64,000 nucleotides of DNA from an uncultured delta proteobacterium (GTDB lineage Bacteria; Myxococcota; Myxococcia; Myxococcales; Myxococcaceae): NCBI GenBank assembly GCA_963796055.1, contig CAWCKH010000004.1:1088001-1152000 (forward strand). Direction: 5' to 3'. Positions 28,742 through 38,511 of the stretch are shown one piece after another. The notes under the pieces are model-generated. The model saw only the letters and a program-made list of their open reading frames with translations. It ran no database searches and was not told the origin of the DNA. Numbering within the stretch: position 1 is the first letter of the stretch; each line of letters opens with the position of its first letter. A program made the translations under genes and the position numbers.

Positions 28742-29376
28742 CCGCGGAGGAGGACCCACGCACAGCTGCCCATCCAGGCCACCGCCGCCAGCAGGGCGAA
28801 TCGCTGCATCGCGGGCACGGCCACCGGCAGCGGCGCCTCGCGGAAGGTGAGGTAGAGCCCCAGCTCGAGGGCTGCGAGCATCAGGGAGGCGGCGCCCAGC
28901 AGCGCCAGCACCGGGCGAGGGCGGAGCCCGCGCACCACCAGCGCCGCGGCCACGAAGCCCGGCCCCGCGCCAGAAAGCAGCGCCAGCGCGTGCGGCACCC
29001 CGCGGGTCACCGGCACCAGCAGCAGCCCGAGCGCGCCCAGCGTCCCGAGCACGCGCACCCGCCTCGCGGTGCGTCCCCCCACCAGCGCCGGGACCATCCA
29101 CCAGAAGAGGCACAGGGCGGCGATGAACGCCCACTCGGCCGCGCGACCCCAGGGCGCCCCCGGGTTGTGACGTCCGTTCACGGCCATGTCCCGGGCGATG
29201 TCGCAGAGGAAGTTGGCCCACAGCGAGTGGCCGGCGGCCTCCGGGTCCACCCAGTTCCCACCGGGGTACTGCGCCGCCCCGACCACCGTGGTCACCGCGC
29301 CCGCCACGAGCAGCGCCAGCAGCGCCGCCGCCAGGGCCGAGGTCCAGCCGCGCGGAGGCGTTGACGGAGCGGGCAT
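28687..29376 (-). CDS. Hypothetical multi-pass membrane protein
   Basis: YPGGNW..SLWANFLCD motif and about 6 hydrophobic segments; 3' end overlaps the symporter by 55 nt. Confidence 0.65.
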   Translation of the reverse strand: MPAPSTPPRGWTSALAAALLALLVAGAVTTVVGAAQYPGGNWVDPEAAGHSLWANFLCDIARDMAVNGRHNPGAPWGRAAEWAFIAALCLFWWMVPALVGGRTARRVRVLGTLGALGLLLVPVTRGVPHALALLSGAGPGFVAAALVVRGLRPRPVLALLGAASLMLAALELGLYLTFREAPLPVAVPAMQRFALLAAVAWMGSCAWVLLRGQEVDATGASSTGSPRAT

Positions 29377-29470
29377 CTCCCCCAGTCCATCACGGGCGGA
29401 CCTGGAGGGGCTGTTTTCACCCCGAGGGGGAGTTCACCCTCAGTCAGCGCTGCCCCGCAGCCGCCTCGCC

Positions 29471-30003
29471 GACTGCGGCCGCCCTGACCTCGCCGACTGC
29501 AGCCGACCTGACGACACTCTAACCCGGACCTCGACTGCGGCCGCCCTGACCTCGCCGACTGCAGCCGACCTGACGACACTCTGACCCGACCTCGACTGCG
29601 GCCGCCCTGACCGAGCTGACTGCGGCCGCCCTGACCTCGCCGACTGCAGCCGACCTTACGACACTCTGACCCGGACCTCGACTGCGGCCGCCCTGACCGA
29701 GCTGACTGCGGCCGCCCTGACCTCGCCGACTGCAGCCGACCTGACGACACTCTGACCCGGACCTCGACTGCGGCCGCCCTGACCGAGCTGACTGCGGCCG
29801 CCCGGACCTCGCCGACTGCAGCCGACCTGACCGAGCTGACTGCGGCCGCCCTGACCTCGCCGACTGCAGCCGACCTGACGACACTCTGACCCGGACCTCG
29901 ACTGCGGCCGCCCTGACCGAGCTGACTGCGGCCGCCCGGACCTCGCCGACTGCAGCCGACCTGACGACACTCTGACCCGGACCTCGACTGCGGCCGCCCT
30001 GAC
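29471..30003 (-). repeat. Modular non-coding array: 19 x 18-bp cores (GACTGCGGCCGCCCTGAC / GACTGCAGCCGACCTGAC on +) with three recurring linkers
   Basis: Cores at 29471, 29495, 29533, 29557, 29594, 29618, 29642, 29680, 29704, 29728, 29766, 29790, 29814, 29838, 29862, 29900, 29924, 29948 and 29986. Linkers CTCGCC, CGAGCT and GACACTCTGACCCGGACCTC. Abuts the RES stop codon. Confidence 0.95.
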
Positions 30004-30768
30004 CTAGATGGCAGGCGCCGGGAGCTGGCCCGCCACCTCGAACTGCGCGCGGGGGAAGACCAGCCGGGTCCGCTCGAACCAGTCGAGCTTCTGCATCTCC
30101 ACCCGCTCGCGCGTGGCCACGCAGCGCCAGGTCTCCGGAGCGCGCGGGGTCTTCCGGGCCAGGGCGCGCGGGGTGAAGAGCGCCACGTTGGGTGCGCCGG
30201 CGAGGTCGCGGGCGCTGGGGTAGCGCACGAGCTCCACGCCGTCGGTCCGCATCTCGGCGCCGAGGCGCTGGGTGGCCTCGTATCGGCTCCTCGAGGCGAG
30301 GACCCGGTGGTGGGCCTCGAAGGGAGAGCGGGTCAGGTCCACCGCGGCGCGGGTGCGGACGTCGGCCCGGAACGCGCTCAGCTCCACCGTCAGCGGCGAG
30401 AGCACAGCCTGGGTCCCCTCCAGGAACAGCAGGCGGTAGTACGCGGTCTCGGCCATCGCCGTCTCCAGCGCCTCGCTGGCGTAGAACAGCGAGCGCTCGG
30501 CCCGGGTACCGAAGCGCGAACCGTGGGTCAGCGGCGGATGGCGGAAGGGCGTGAGGAGGAGGTAGTGCAACCCCTCGAACTCGGGACCCGCCGGCGCGGG
30601 CGGCTTCACCCGGTCGATCAGGGCCTCGAGGATCTCCTGCTCGGCATCCGAGTCGACCAGCCGCCGGGTGGCGTTCCGGTGCTGGGCCTCCACCACCCGC
30701 CACACAGGACCTTGGTAGGGGCGGAGGTTACGTTTTCCCCCGCACTGCATCCAGATACTCGTCGACAC
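30004..30768 (-). CDS. RES-domain protein (MbcT/ParT-like NAD+-acting toxin)
   Basis: WRVVEAQH, GSRFG..FYASE..TAMAETAYY and RYPSARD (R-E-S residues); downstream of an Xre/MbcA antitoxin. Confidence 0.88.
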   Translation of the reverse strand: MSTSIWMQCGGKRNLRPYQGPVWRVVEAQHRNATRRLVDSDAEQEILEALIDRVKPPAPAGPEFEGLHYLLLTPFRHPPLTHGSRFGTRAERSLFYASEALETAMAETAYYRLLFLEGTQAVLSPLTVELSAFRADVRTRAAVDLTRSPFEAHHRVLASRSRYEATQRLGAEMRTDGVELVRYPSARDLAGAPNVALFTPRALARKTPRAPETWRCVATRERVEMQKLDWFERTRLVFPRAQFEVAGQLPAPAI

Positions 30769-31111
30769 GCACCAGCCCCGCCACGCTCTGGATGCACTCT
30801 AGGGGCGCGGCTGACAGGTGCCCGTTCCGGGCGCGGAGCCAGGTCCGGGCCTTCTCCGCATCACCGCCCACCAGCGCGTCCAGGCTCCGGTAGAGCCGGA
30901 GGAAGAGCAGCGCCAGCTCGCCTTCCTTGCTGTCCGGGTCCACCGTGCGCTGCCCCGCGGCCAGCCTCGACCAGGAGGCCGCGCTCACCCCCACCACCCG
31001 GGCCATCGTCTGGCCGTTGAGGCCGAGGACCGATGCGGCGCGGATCAGCGCTCGGGAGAGCACCACCGCCGGGTCGGGCGCGGGAAGGGACGCTGAGGAA
31101 CGCCGGGCCAT
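30728..31111 (-). CDS. Xre/MbcA/ParS-family antitoxin
   Basis: N-terminal HTH (MARVVGVSAASWSRL), LYRSLDALVG..ARTWLRARN..P and YLDAVRG C-terminal domain. Confidence 0.88.
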   Translation of the reverse strand: MARRSSASLPAPDPAVVLSRALIRAASVLGLNGQTMARVVGVSAASWSRLAAGQRTVDPDSKEGELALLFLRLYRSLDALVGGDAEKARTWLRARNGHLSAAPLECIQSVAGLVRVDEYLDAVRGKT

Positions 31112-31114
31112 CTC

Positions 31115-31154
31115 TTTCAGGTGAAATCTTAAGTCCAGATATATTCAGATGCAA
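31115..31154 (-). promoter_or_regulatory. Sigma-70 promoter of the TA operon with overlapping palindromic operator
   Basis: Minus strand TTGCAT (31154-31149), 17 nt, TAAGAT (31131-31126). Palindrome TTTCA-GG-TGAAA at 31115-31126. AT-rich island in high-GC DNA. Confidence 0.7.
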
Positions 31155-31163
31155 GCCAGGTCT

Positions 31164-32408
31164 TCAGACCGGCCGGAGCAGCCAGCCGCACCAGGTGCTA
31201 CCCAGCACCGCCACCTGTCCCGCCAGCACCCGGAGCAGGTAGGCGCGCGAGCCCGAGGTCGCCGCCAGCACCACCTTGGTGACCGCGTTGCTGCTGGTCG
31301 CGACCAGTACCGCGAGCGCGGCCGCTTCGGGCGGAACCGCCGACCGGGCAACCAGCGCTCCGGTCGACCCGGCGAAGGCGTGCGCGTCGGCCAGGCCGCT
31401 CACCGCCGCAGCGACCAGGAGCCCCGCGCCGCCGAACCGTCGCTGCACCACCGTGGCGACGAGAGAGACCAGGGTGACCAGCCCGGCGAAGAGAACGGCA
31501 TCTCCCAGGCGGAACGCCGCCCCCGAGCGCACCGGCGGCGCCTCCGTCCGGGCGGCATGGCGGGCGAACACCGCGGCGACGATCAGCGCGGTGAGCCCCC
31601 CGGCGGAGAGGGACACGGCGAGGGGGCGCAGCAGTGCGGTGCCCGAGGCCGCGAGCAGCAGCGCGAGCTGGACGAAGGTGGCGACCGAGGAAGCCGTCGC
31701 TCCGGACACCGCCGCGGCGAGCACCCGGGGCTCCCGCGAGGCAAGACGGCCCATGGCGGCGACGGTGGCGGCGCTGGAGACGAACCCCGAGACGAGCCCG
31801 GCGAGGGCGAGCCCCACCCGGGGACGGACTAGCTTCTGAGCCAGCGCGCCGGCGGCCCCGACGCCCATCATCACCACCACCAGCTTCCAGACGTCGAACG
31901 GGCTGATGGCCCCGAAAGGGTCCACCGGGCGATCCGGCAGCAGAGGAAGGATCAGCAGCGCCGACACCCCGAAGACCAGCGCGTTCTGCAGCTCGCGATC
32001 GGTGAAGAGCTTCCGCGCCAGGCCGTGCAGGCGGGCCCGGAACGCGAGCAGGGTCGAGCTGGCGAGCGCGGCGGCGAAGGCCAGCGCTGGGGCTCCCTGG
32101 GCGAGGACCCCCAGCGTGAAGGCGAGCACCAGCGCCACCTCGGTGGTGAGCCCCGGGTCCGGCTCGGTCGCCCGCCAGGCCACGAGCAGGGCCAGCAGGA
32201 CCACCGCGGCGCCCGCCGCGCCCAGCACCACCGCGCTTCCCGTCTGCAGCGCCACCCCGCCCAGAAGCGAAGTCAGGGCGAAGCTGCGAAGCCCGGCCCA
32301 CCGGCGCGGCCGCTCGGCGTCGCGCGCCCGCTCGCGCTCGAGCCCCATCACCAGGCCCACCCCGAGCGCGACCAGCAGCCTCCATTCAGGCCGGTCCTCG
32401 AACCCCAT
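31164..32408 (-). CDS. MgtC/SapB-family N-terminus plus DUF4010 membrane protein
   Basis: GLVMGLERE..AGLRSFAL, GLTTEVA, GFVSSAAT and SGLADAHA. Confidence 0.85.
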   Translation of the reverse strand: MGFEDRPEWRLLVALGVGLVMGLERERARDAERPRRWAGLRSFALTSLLGGVALQTGSAVVLGAAGAAVVLLALLVAWRATEPDPGLTTEVALVLAFTLGVLAQGAPALAFAAALASSTLLAFRARLHGLARKLFTDRELQNALVFGVSALLILPLLPDRPVDPFGAISPFDVWKLVVVMMGVGAAGALAQKLVRPRVGLALAGLVSGFVSSAATVAAMGRLASREPRVLAAAVSGATASSVATFVQLALLLAASGTALLRPLAVSLSAGGLTALIVAAVFARHAARTEAPPVRSGAAFRLGDAVLFAGLVTLVSLVATVVQRRFGGAGLLVAAAVSGLADAHAFAGSTGALVARSAVPPEAAALAVLVATSSNAVTKVVLAATSGSRAYLLRVLAGQVAVLGSTWCGWLLRPV

Positions 32409-32541
32409 TCGCCTGCCTACCATTGGCGGGAGCGCCCGGTCAGTGCAAGGTCGACTGCTGGCTGCAGCGGATCTGCTCCGACAACGGCGCACCTTGTTCC
32501 GCCGGGCGAGGGCGTTAGGTTTCCCGACCTGGAGGTCCCGC

Positions 32542-32973
32542 ATGCCGCTCCGCCGCATCGTGGTCGCCATCGACGGCTCGGAACCGGCCGATCGCGCGCT
32601 CGATCTCGCCTCGGAGCTGGTGCGGACCGGCGACGGGGGCACGCTGACCCTCGTCTCCGCCATCTCGGATCCAGTCACCTTCGCACCGACGCCGGTCGCC
32701 GGGCTGGAGATGGTGCTCGAGGCCGAGCAGCGAGGGGCCGAACGAGACCTCGCCGAGCGAGCGGAGCGCCTCCGCGCTCAGGGCCTGCGGGTCGAGACGG
32801 TGGTCCGGGTGGGTGGAGCGCCCGAGGTCGTCGCCGACGTGGCTGAAGCGGCCCGTGCCGACCTGGTGGTGGCCGGGAGCACCGGCAAGGGGGCCCTCCA
32901 GCGCGCCCTCCTGGGAAGTGTCACCACCCGACTCCTTCACCAGCTCCGGAGACCTCTGCTGGTCGTTCCCTGA
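32542..32973 (+). CDS. Universal stress protein
   Basis: RIVVAIDGSE, DLVVAGSTG..LLGSVT..PLLVVP; RBS GGAGG. Confidence 0.92.
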   Translation: MPLRRIVVAIDGSEPADRALDLASELVRTGDGGTLTLVSAISDPVTFAPTPVAGLEMVLEAEQRGAERDLAERAERLRAQGLRVETVVRVGGAPEVVADVAEAARADLVVAGSTGKGALQRALLGSVTTRLLHQLRRPLLVVP

Positions 32974-33010
32974 TTCCCTTCACCCGCGTCCCCTGTAAGG
33001 TCCGCAACCC

Positions 33011-33364
33011 ATGGCTACCTGGACTTTCCTGACCAACCACGCCCACGTCCTCCTCTGTGTCTGGGAGGACTCCGAGGCCCGGGTCCGCGACATCGCCATG
33101 CGCGTCGGGATCACCGAGCGAGCCGTCCAGCGCATCCTCCAGGAGCTCGAGTCGGAGCAGTACCTGGTGCGCGAGCGCGTCGGCCGCCGTAACCGCTACC
33201 GCATCCGGGGTGACCGGCCCTTCCGTCACCCGGTGGAGGACCACCGCCCGGTGTCGCTCCTGCTGGACCTCATCACCAAGCGGAAGGCGCCCGGCACCCG
33301 CGCCCGCCCCGCGGCACGACGCAGCGCCCGGCCCCGGAGGACGCGAGCCCGCGCCAGACGGTAG
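33011..33364 (+). CDS. Small winged-HTH transcriptional regulator
   Basis: WTFLTNHAHVLLC, RDIAMRVGITERAVQRIL, GRRNRY. Confidence 0.85.
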   Translation: MATWTFLTNHAHVLLCVWEDSEARVRDIAMRVGITERAVQRILQELESEQYLVRERVGRRNRYRIRGDRPFRHPVEDHRPVSLLLDLITKRKAPGTRARPAARRSARPRRTRARARR

Positions 33365-33380
33365 GCCGAGCGGCACTGGA

Positions 33381-35732
33381 TCAGGGCTGGGTCCAGGTCC
33401 AGTCGCGTACCTCGGGCATGTCCTCGAGGTGCTCCTCGACATACGCCCGGTGCCGCTCCAGCTCCCCCCGGAACCGCTCGACCAGCTCGGAAGAGTTCTC
33501 GGGGATGCGCCGTGCACGCCGGAGCGCCTCGATGGCCAGGTGGTACCGGCTGATGCCGTTGAGCACCACCATGTCGAACGGGGTGGTGGTGGTGCCCTGC
33601 TCGCGGAAGCCGCGGACGTGGAAGCGCCCGGCGTTCGGTCGTCCGTGCAGCGTGTGGTGGATGCCGAGCGGGTAACCGTGGAAGGCGAACACCACGTCCC
33701 GATCGCGGGTGAAGAGCTGCACGAAGCGCTGCTCGTCCATCCCGTGCGGGTGCTCCTCGGGGGTGAACATCGACATGAGATCGACCAGGTTCACCACCCG
33801 GATGCGCAGCCCGGGCGCCGCGGTACGGAGCAGCCAGGTGGCGGCGAGCGTCTCCATGGTCGGCACGTCGCCGGCGCAGGCCATGACGATGTCCGGGTCG
33901 CCTTCGTCGTTGCTGGCCCACTCCCAGACCGAGGCCCCACGCTGGCAGTGGCGTTGCGCGGATTCCAGGTTCAGGTACTGGAGCTGCGGCTGCTTGTCGA
34001 TGACGATGACGTTGACGTGCGCCGCGTGCCGGAAGCAGTGGTGCGCCGTCCAGAGCAGGCAGTTGGCATCCGGCGGCAGGTAGATGCGCGAGACCGTCGG
34101 CTTCCGGGTCAGCATCGCATCGATGAAGCCCGGGCCCTGGTGGCTGAAGCCGTTGTGGTCGTTCCGCCAGCAGGTGGAGGTCAGCAGCACGTTGAGCGAG
34201 GGGACCGGCTTGCGCCACTCGAGCTTCAGCGACTCGTCCAGCCACTTGCTGTGCTGGATGGCCATGGAGGCCACCACCATCGCGAACGCCTCGTAGGTCG
34301 CGAACAGCCCGTGCCGCCCGGTGAGGATGTAGCCCTCGAGCCATCCCTCGCAGTTGTGCTCGCTCAGGACCTCCATCACCCGGCCGTCGGGGCCGAGCGA
34401 TTCGTCGGTGGGCTCGACCGGGAGCATGAAGGCGCGCTGGCTGGTCTCGAACACCGCGCCGAGGCGATTGCTGTTCGTCTCGTCGGGGCAGAAGAGGCGG
34501 AAGCGGCCCGGGTTCACCCGGTAGAGGTCGCGCATCAGCTGCCCGAGCCGCCGGGTGGACTCCTCGCGTTGCGCCGCCGGCGCTTCGACCTTCACCGCGT
34601 AGGGCTCGAGCGCCGGCATCTCCAGCGGCTCACAGGTCTCGCCGCTGGTTCTGGGGTTGGCGCTCATCCGGAGGTCGCCCCTGGGGGCCAGCGACCGCAG
34701 CTCTGGGACGAGCGAGCCGTGCGCGTCGAACAGCTCCGCCGGTCGGTAGCTCCGCATCCAGGACTCGAGGAGCTTCAGATGCTCGGGGTTGTCCCGGACG
34801 CCGGAGAGCGGGACCTGGTGCGCGCGGAATGTGCCCTGCACCTGGACCCCGTCCACGACGTCGGGACCGGTCCACCCCTTCGGCGTCCGGAGCACCAGCG
34901 CGGGCCAGCGCGGACGCCCCTTCACCCCCGAGCTGCGGGCCTCCTTCTGGATCCGGCGGATGCGCTCCAGGCAGCCGTCGAGCGCGGCGGCGAGCGCCTG
35001 GTGCACGCGTGGGGGGTCATTCCCCTCGACGAACAGCACCTCGTATCCGTGGCCCTCGAGGAGCGAACGGACCTGTGCATCGCTCGAGCGCCCGAGCACC
35101 GTGGCGCTGGAGATCTTGTATCCGTTGAGGTGGAGGATGGGCAGGACCGCGCCGTCGCGGGCCGGGTTCAGGTAGGTGATGCCCTTCCAGCTGCCCTCCA
35201 AGGGTCCGGTCTCCGCCTCGCCGTCGCCCACCACCGCGATGGCGACCAGGTCGGGGTCGTCGAACACCGCGCCGAAGGCGTGGGTCAGCACGTAGCCCAG
35301 CTCGCCGCCCTCGTGGATGGAGCCCGGGGTGGGGGCGCTCACGTGGCTGGGGATGCCACCCGGCGTGGAGAACTGGCGGAAGAGCCGTCGCATCCCCACC
35401 CCGTCGGGCGTCACCCGCGGGTAGAGCTCGCTGTACGTGCCCTCGAGGTAGGTGCAGGCGACGATCGCCGGCCCGCCGTGTCCCGGTCCCGCGAGGTAGA
35501 TGGCCGGGAAGGCGTCGCGCCGGATGAGCCGGTTGAGGTGCGCGTAGATCAGGCTCAGGCCCGGGCTGGTGCCCCAGTGGCCGAGGAGGCGGGGCTTGAT
35601 GTGCTCGGGGCGGAGCGGCTCGCGGAGCAGCGGGTTGTCCTGGAGGTAGATCTGCCCGACGGTCAGGTAGTTGGCCGCGCGCCACCAGGCGTCGATCAGC
35701 CGCAGTTCCTCGGGGGTGAGCGCGTCAGGCAT
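33381..35732 (-). CDS. xfp: Phosphoketolase (xylulose-5-P/fructose-6-P)
   Basis: [38 protein letters not shown]. Confidence 0.96.
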   Translation of the reverse strand: MPDALTPEELRLIDAWWRAANYLTVGQIYLQDNPLLREPLRPEHIKPRLLGHWGTSPGLSLIYAHLNRLIRRDAFPAIYLAGPGHGGPAIVACTYLEGTYSELYPRVTPDGVGMRRLFRQFSTPGGIPSHVSAPTPGSIHEGGELGYVLTHAFGAVFDDPDLVAIAVVGDGEAETGPLEGSWKGITYLNPARDGAVLPILHLNGYKISSATVLGRSSDAQVRSLLEGHGYEVLFVEGNDPPRVHQALAAALDGCLERIRRIQKEARSSGVKGRPRWPALVLRTPKGWTGPDVVDGVQVQGTFRAHQVPLSGVRDNPEHLKLLESWMRSYRPAELFDAHGSLVPELRSLAPRGDLRMSANPRTSGETCEPLEMPALEPYAVKVEAPAAQREESTRRLGQLMRDLYRVNPGRFRLFCPDETNSNRLGAVFETSQRAFMLPVEPTDESLGPDGRVMEVLSEHNCEGWLEGYILTGRHGLFATYEAFAMVVASMAIQHSKWLDESLKLEWRKPVPSLNVLLTSTCWRNDHNGFSHQGPGFIDAMLTRKPTVSRIYLPPDANCLLWTAHHCFRHAAHVNVIVIDKQPQLQYLNLESAQRHCQRGASVWEWASNDEGDPDIVMACAGDVPTMETLAATWLLRTAAPGLRIRVVNLVDLMSMFTPEEHPHGMDEQRFVQLFTRDRDVVFAFHGYPLGIHHTLHGRPNAGRFHVRGFREQGTTTTPFDMVVLNGISRYHLAIEALRRARRIPENSSELVERFRGELERHRAYVEEHLEDMPEVRDWTWTQP

Positions 35733-35925
35733 CGGTCGGCCTCCGGTCTCGTCAGTCGTCGAGCCCCTTCTACGCGCTCTGCGCCGGGCTGGCAGACCCT
35801 GAACGGCCCCCGTGGCAATCGTGCGACATCCCCGGTGCTCGGCCGCTCCTGAACCGGGCCGCCCCGTCGATGGGCCATTCCCACTCCCGGAGCGGGCGGG
35901 CTGCTGCCTAGTGTGCACCCCGCGC

Positions 35926-37041
35926 GTGGCTCCCGTCCTGGTGGTGAACGTCGGTTCGAGCAGCTTCAAGTGGTCGGCCCTGGAGGACGACGGGACGCCC
36001 ATCGCCTCGGGCAACGAGGCCTGGACGCCATCGAGCGACTCCTCCGCGGAGCATGTCGCGGGCGCGCTCCAGCGCGTGGGGCGGCCACGTGCCATCGGCC
36101 ACCGGATGGTGCATGGCGGGCCGGCCTTCAGCGGTCCGGTCCGGCTCGACGCGGCCGTCCGGGAGACGCTGGAGAGGCTGCGGCCGCTCGCCCCGAAGCA
36201 CATGGCACCGGCGCTGGCCTCGGTGGACGCCTGCACCCGGCTGCTTCCCGACGTTCCCCAGGTCTGCGCGTTCGACACCGCCTTCCACGCCACCATGCCC
36301 GAGGAGGCGCGGCTCTACGCGGTGCCACCGGCCTGGGCCGAGCCGCTCTCGCTGCGCCGCTACGGCTTTCACGGGCTGAGCGTGGCCCACGCGGTGCGGC
36401 GGACGGAGGCGCTGCTGGGGGCGCTGCCTCCACGGGTCGTGGTCTGCCACCTCGGCAGCGGCGCCTCGGTCACCGCGGTCCGCGAGGGGCGCTCCGCCGA
36501 CAACAGCATGGGCTACACCCCGCTGGACGGCCTGGTGATGGCCACCCGGGCCGGGCACCTGGATCCGGGCGCGGTCCTCGCCCTCGCCGAGCACCTCGGG
36601 ACGGCGCCGGGTCCTCTCGCGGAGCGGCTGGAGAACGAGTGCGGCCTCCTCGCGCTCGCCGGCACCGCAGACCTGAGGGAGGTGCTCGAGCGGGCCGACC
36701 GCGGCGAGCCGCCCGCCCGTACCGCCTACGGCGTCTACCTCACCGCGCTGGTCCGGACGGTGGGGAGCGCGGTGGGCATCCTCGGCGGGCTCGACGTGCT
36801 GGTGTTCACCGGCGGGGTGGGTGAGCACTCGGCGCGGGTGCGGGACGACGTGTGCCGGGCGTTCGCCTTCACCGGGGTGGCGCTCGACCGGGATCGGAAC
36901 GAGGCACCCGAGGGCGATGCGGATCTCGCACAGGCGGCGGCCCCGGTCCGGGTGCTGCGGATCATCGCTCGGGAGGACCTGAGCGTCCTGGTAGACGTGC
37001 ACCGGGTGCTGGGGAGAGCCCGATCGGCCGACTCCGGCTGA
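35926..37041 (+). CDS. ackA: Acetate kinase
   Basis: [46 protein letters not shown]. Confidence 0.95.
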   Translation: MAPVLVVNVGSSSFKWSALEDDGTPIASGNEAWTPSSDSSAEHVAGALQRVGRPRAIGHRMVHGGPAFSGPVRLDAAVRETLERLRPLAPKHMAPALASVDACTRLLPDVPQVCAFDTAFHATMPEEARLYAVPPAWAEPLSLRRYGFHGLSVAHAVRRTEALLGALPPRVVVCHLGSGASVTAVREGRSADNSMGYTPLDGLVMATRAGHLDPGAVLALAEHLGTAPGPLAERLENECGLLALAGTADLREVLERADRGEPPARTAYGVYLTALVRTVGSAVGILGGLDVLVFTGGVGEHSARVRDDVCRAFAFTGVALDRDRNEAPEGDADLAQAAAPVRVLRIIAREDLSVLVDVHRVLGRARSADSG

Positions 37042-37137
37042 GTCACTCCAAGCAGGGCACCACCCAGCAGCTCACGTCCCTGCTCCTCGACTGCGGAAGC
37101 CGAGCCTGCGCAAGCTGGGCCGAACGAGGTCTCCTCG

Positions 37138-38511
37138 ATGAGCGACGCACTCTTCTGGCATCGCCTGCACTTCGGCTTCACCGTCACCTACCACTACCTC
37201 TTCCCTCAGCTGACGATGGGGCTGGCGCTGCTCATCCTCCTCTTCAAGTGGCGGGCGTTCCGGACCGGCAGCGCGCTCCACGCCGACGCGGCACGCTTCT
37301 GGGCCCGCATCTTCGGCGTGGCGTTCGCGATGGGGGTCGTCACCGGCATCCCGCTGGAGTTCCAGTTCGGGACCAACTGGTCGCGCTTCAGCCAGTTCGC
37401 GGGGGGAGTCATCGGTCAGACCCTGGCGATGGAGGGCATCTTCGCCTTCTTCCTCGAGTCCACCTTCCTCGGCCTCTTCCTCTACGGTGAGAAGCGGTTC
37501 GGCCCGCGGATGCACCTGGCCTCGGCCGCGGCGCTCTGGGCCGGAAGCTGGCTGTCCGGGTACTTCATCATCGCCACCAACGCCTTCATGCAGTCGCCGG
37601 TGGGCCACTCCATCGGTCCGGACGGCCGGCTTCAGCTCGCCGACTTCTGGGCCTTCGTCCTCAACCCCTGGGCCATCTGGCAGTACCTCCACAACATGAC
37701 CGCCTCGGTGGTGACCGCCTCCTTCGTCGTGGCCGGGGTGGGGGCGTTCTGGTCGCTGTCGGGGCGCCACCGCGAGGCTGCCACCCTGGCGCTCCGCACC
37801 GGGGTCATCGCCGGCCTGGTGGCCTCGTGCCTCCTCATCTTCCCCACCGGAGACCGCAACGGGAAGCTGGTGGCCGAGAAGCAGCCGGCGACCTTGGCGG
37901 CGATGGAGGGCCTCTTCGAGAGCAAGCCCGAGGCCGAGCTGGCCATCATCGGCCAGCCCAACGTCCAGCAGCGCCGGCTCGAGAACCCGATCGTCGTCCC
38001 GGGGATGCTGAGCTTCCTGGTCTACGGGAGCTTCGGGAGCACCGTCACCGGACTCGACGACATCCCGCGAGACCGGTGGCCGGACAACATCGAGCTGCTC
38101 TACTACGCCTACCACGTGATGGCGGGGCTGGGGACGCTGCTCATCGCCCTGCTCGCGCTCGCCGTCCTGCAGCTCTGGCGCGGGCGTCTCGAGACCTCGC
38201 GGCCGCTGCTCTGGGCGCTGATGCTCGCCATGCCCTTCCCGTACATCGCCACCACCGCCGGATGGATGACCGCGGAGCTGGGACGGCAGCCGTGGCTGGT
38301 CTACGGGCTGATGCGAACCGCCGAGGGCACCTCGGCGCAGGTCTCGGCCGGCAACACCCTCTTCACCCTCCTCGGCTTCTCGGGCCTCTATCTGGTGATG
38401 GGCATCCTCTTCCTCTACCTGGTCGGACGGGAGATCGCCCACGGACCGGGTGGAGCACACGGCGCCATCGAGGCCGCGGAGCACTCGCCGCTCGCCGGGG
38501 AGGCCGTCTGA
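37138..38511 (+). CDS. cydA: Cytochrome bd ubiquinol oxidase subunit I
   Basis: HYLFPQLTMG, EFQFGTNW, AAMEG, ELGRQPW. Confidence 0.95.
   Translation: MSDALFWHRLHFGFTVTYHYLFPQLTMGLALLILLFKWRAFRTGSALHADAARFWARIFGVAFAMGVVTGIPLEFQFGTNWSRFSQFAGGVIGQTLAMEGIFAFFLESTFLGLFLYGEKRFGPRMHLASAAALWAGSWLSGYFIIATNAFMQSPVGHSIGPDGRLQLADFWAFVLNPWAIWQYLHNMTASVVTASFVVAGVGAFWSLSGRHREAATLALRTGVIAGLVASCLLIFPTGDRNGKLVAEKQPATLAAMEGLFESKPEAELAIIGQPNVQQRRLENPIVVPGMLSFLVYGSFGSTVTGLDDIPRDRWPDNIELLYYAYHVMAGLGTLLIALLALAVLQLWRGRLETSRPLLWALMLAMPFPYIATTAGWMTAELGRQPWLVYGLMRTAEGTSAQVSAGNTLFTLLGFSGLYLVMGILFLYLVGREIAHGPGGAHGAIEAAEHSPLAGEAV

Noticed and set aside
25681..29364. Very long Arg/Gly/Pro-rich ORFs (e.g. 25681-29364, 26246-29221, 33057-35852, 50482-53373, 60300-63707)
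   Set aside because: Off-frame or antisense shadows of recognisable genes, expected at this GC content.
29471..30003. CRISPR array
   Set aside because: Linkers are only 6-20 nt and recur identically instead of being unique spacers; no cas genes or AT-rich leader.
29186..30703. ORFs crossing the array (29186-29584, 29292-29750, 29519-30703, 29656-29970)
   Set aside because: Unit lengths of 38, 62 and 86 nt and a 1-nt deletion shift frames; the translations are just the repeat read in rotating frames.
29471..31111. Canonical type III toxin-antitoxin system
   Set aside because: The repeats lie downstream rather than upstream, the toxin is RES-type rather than ToxN/CptN/TenpN, and a protein antitoxin is present.
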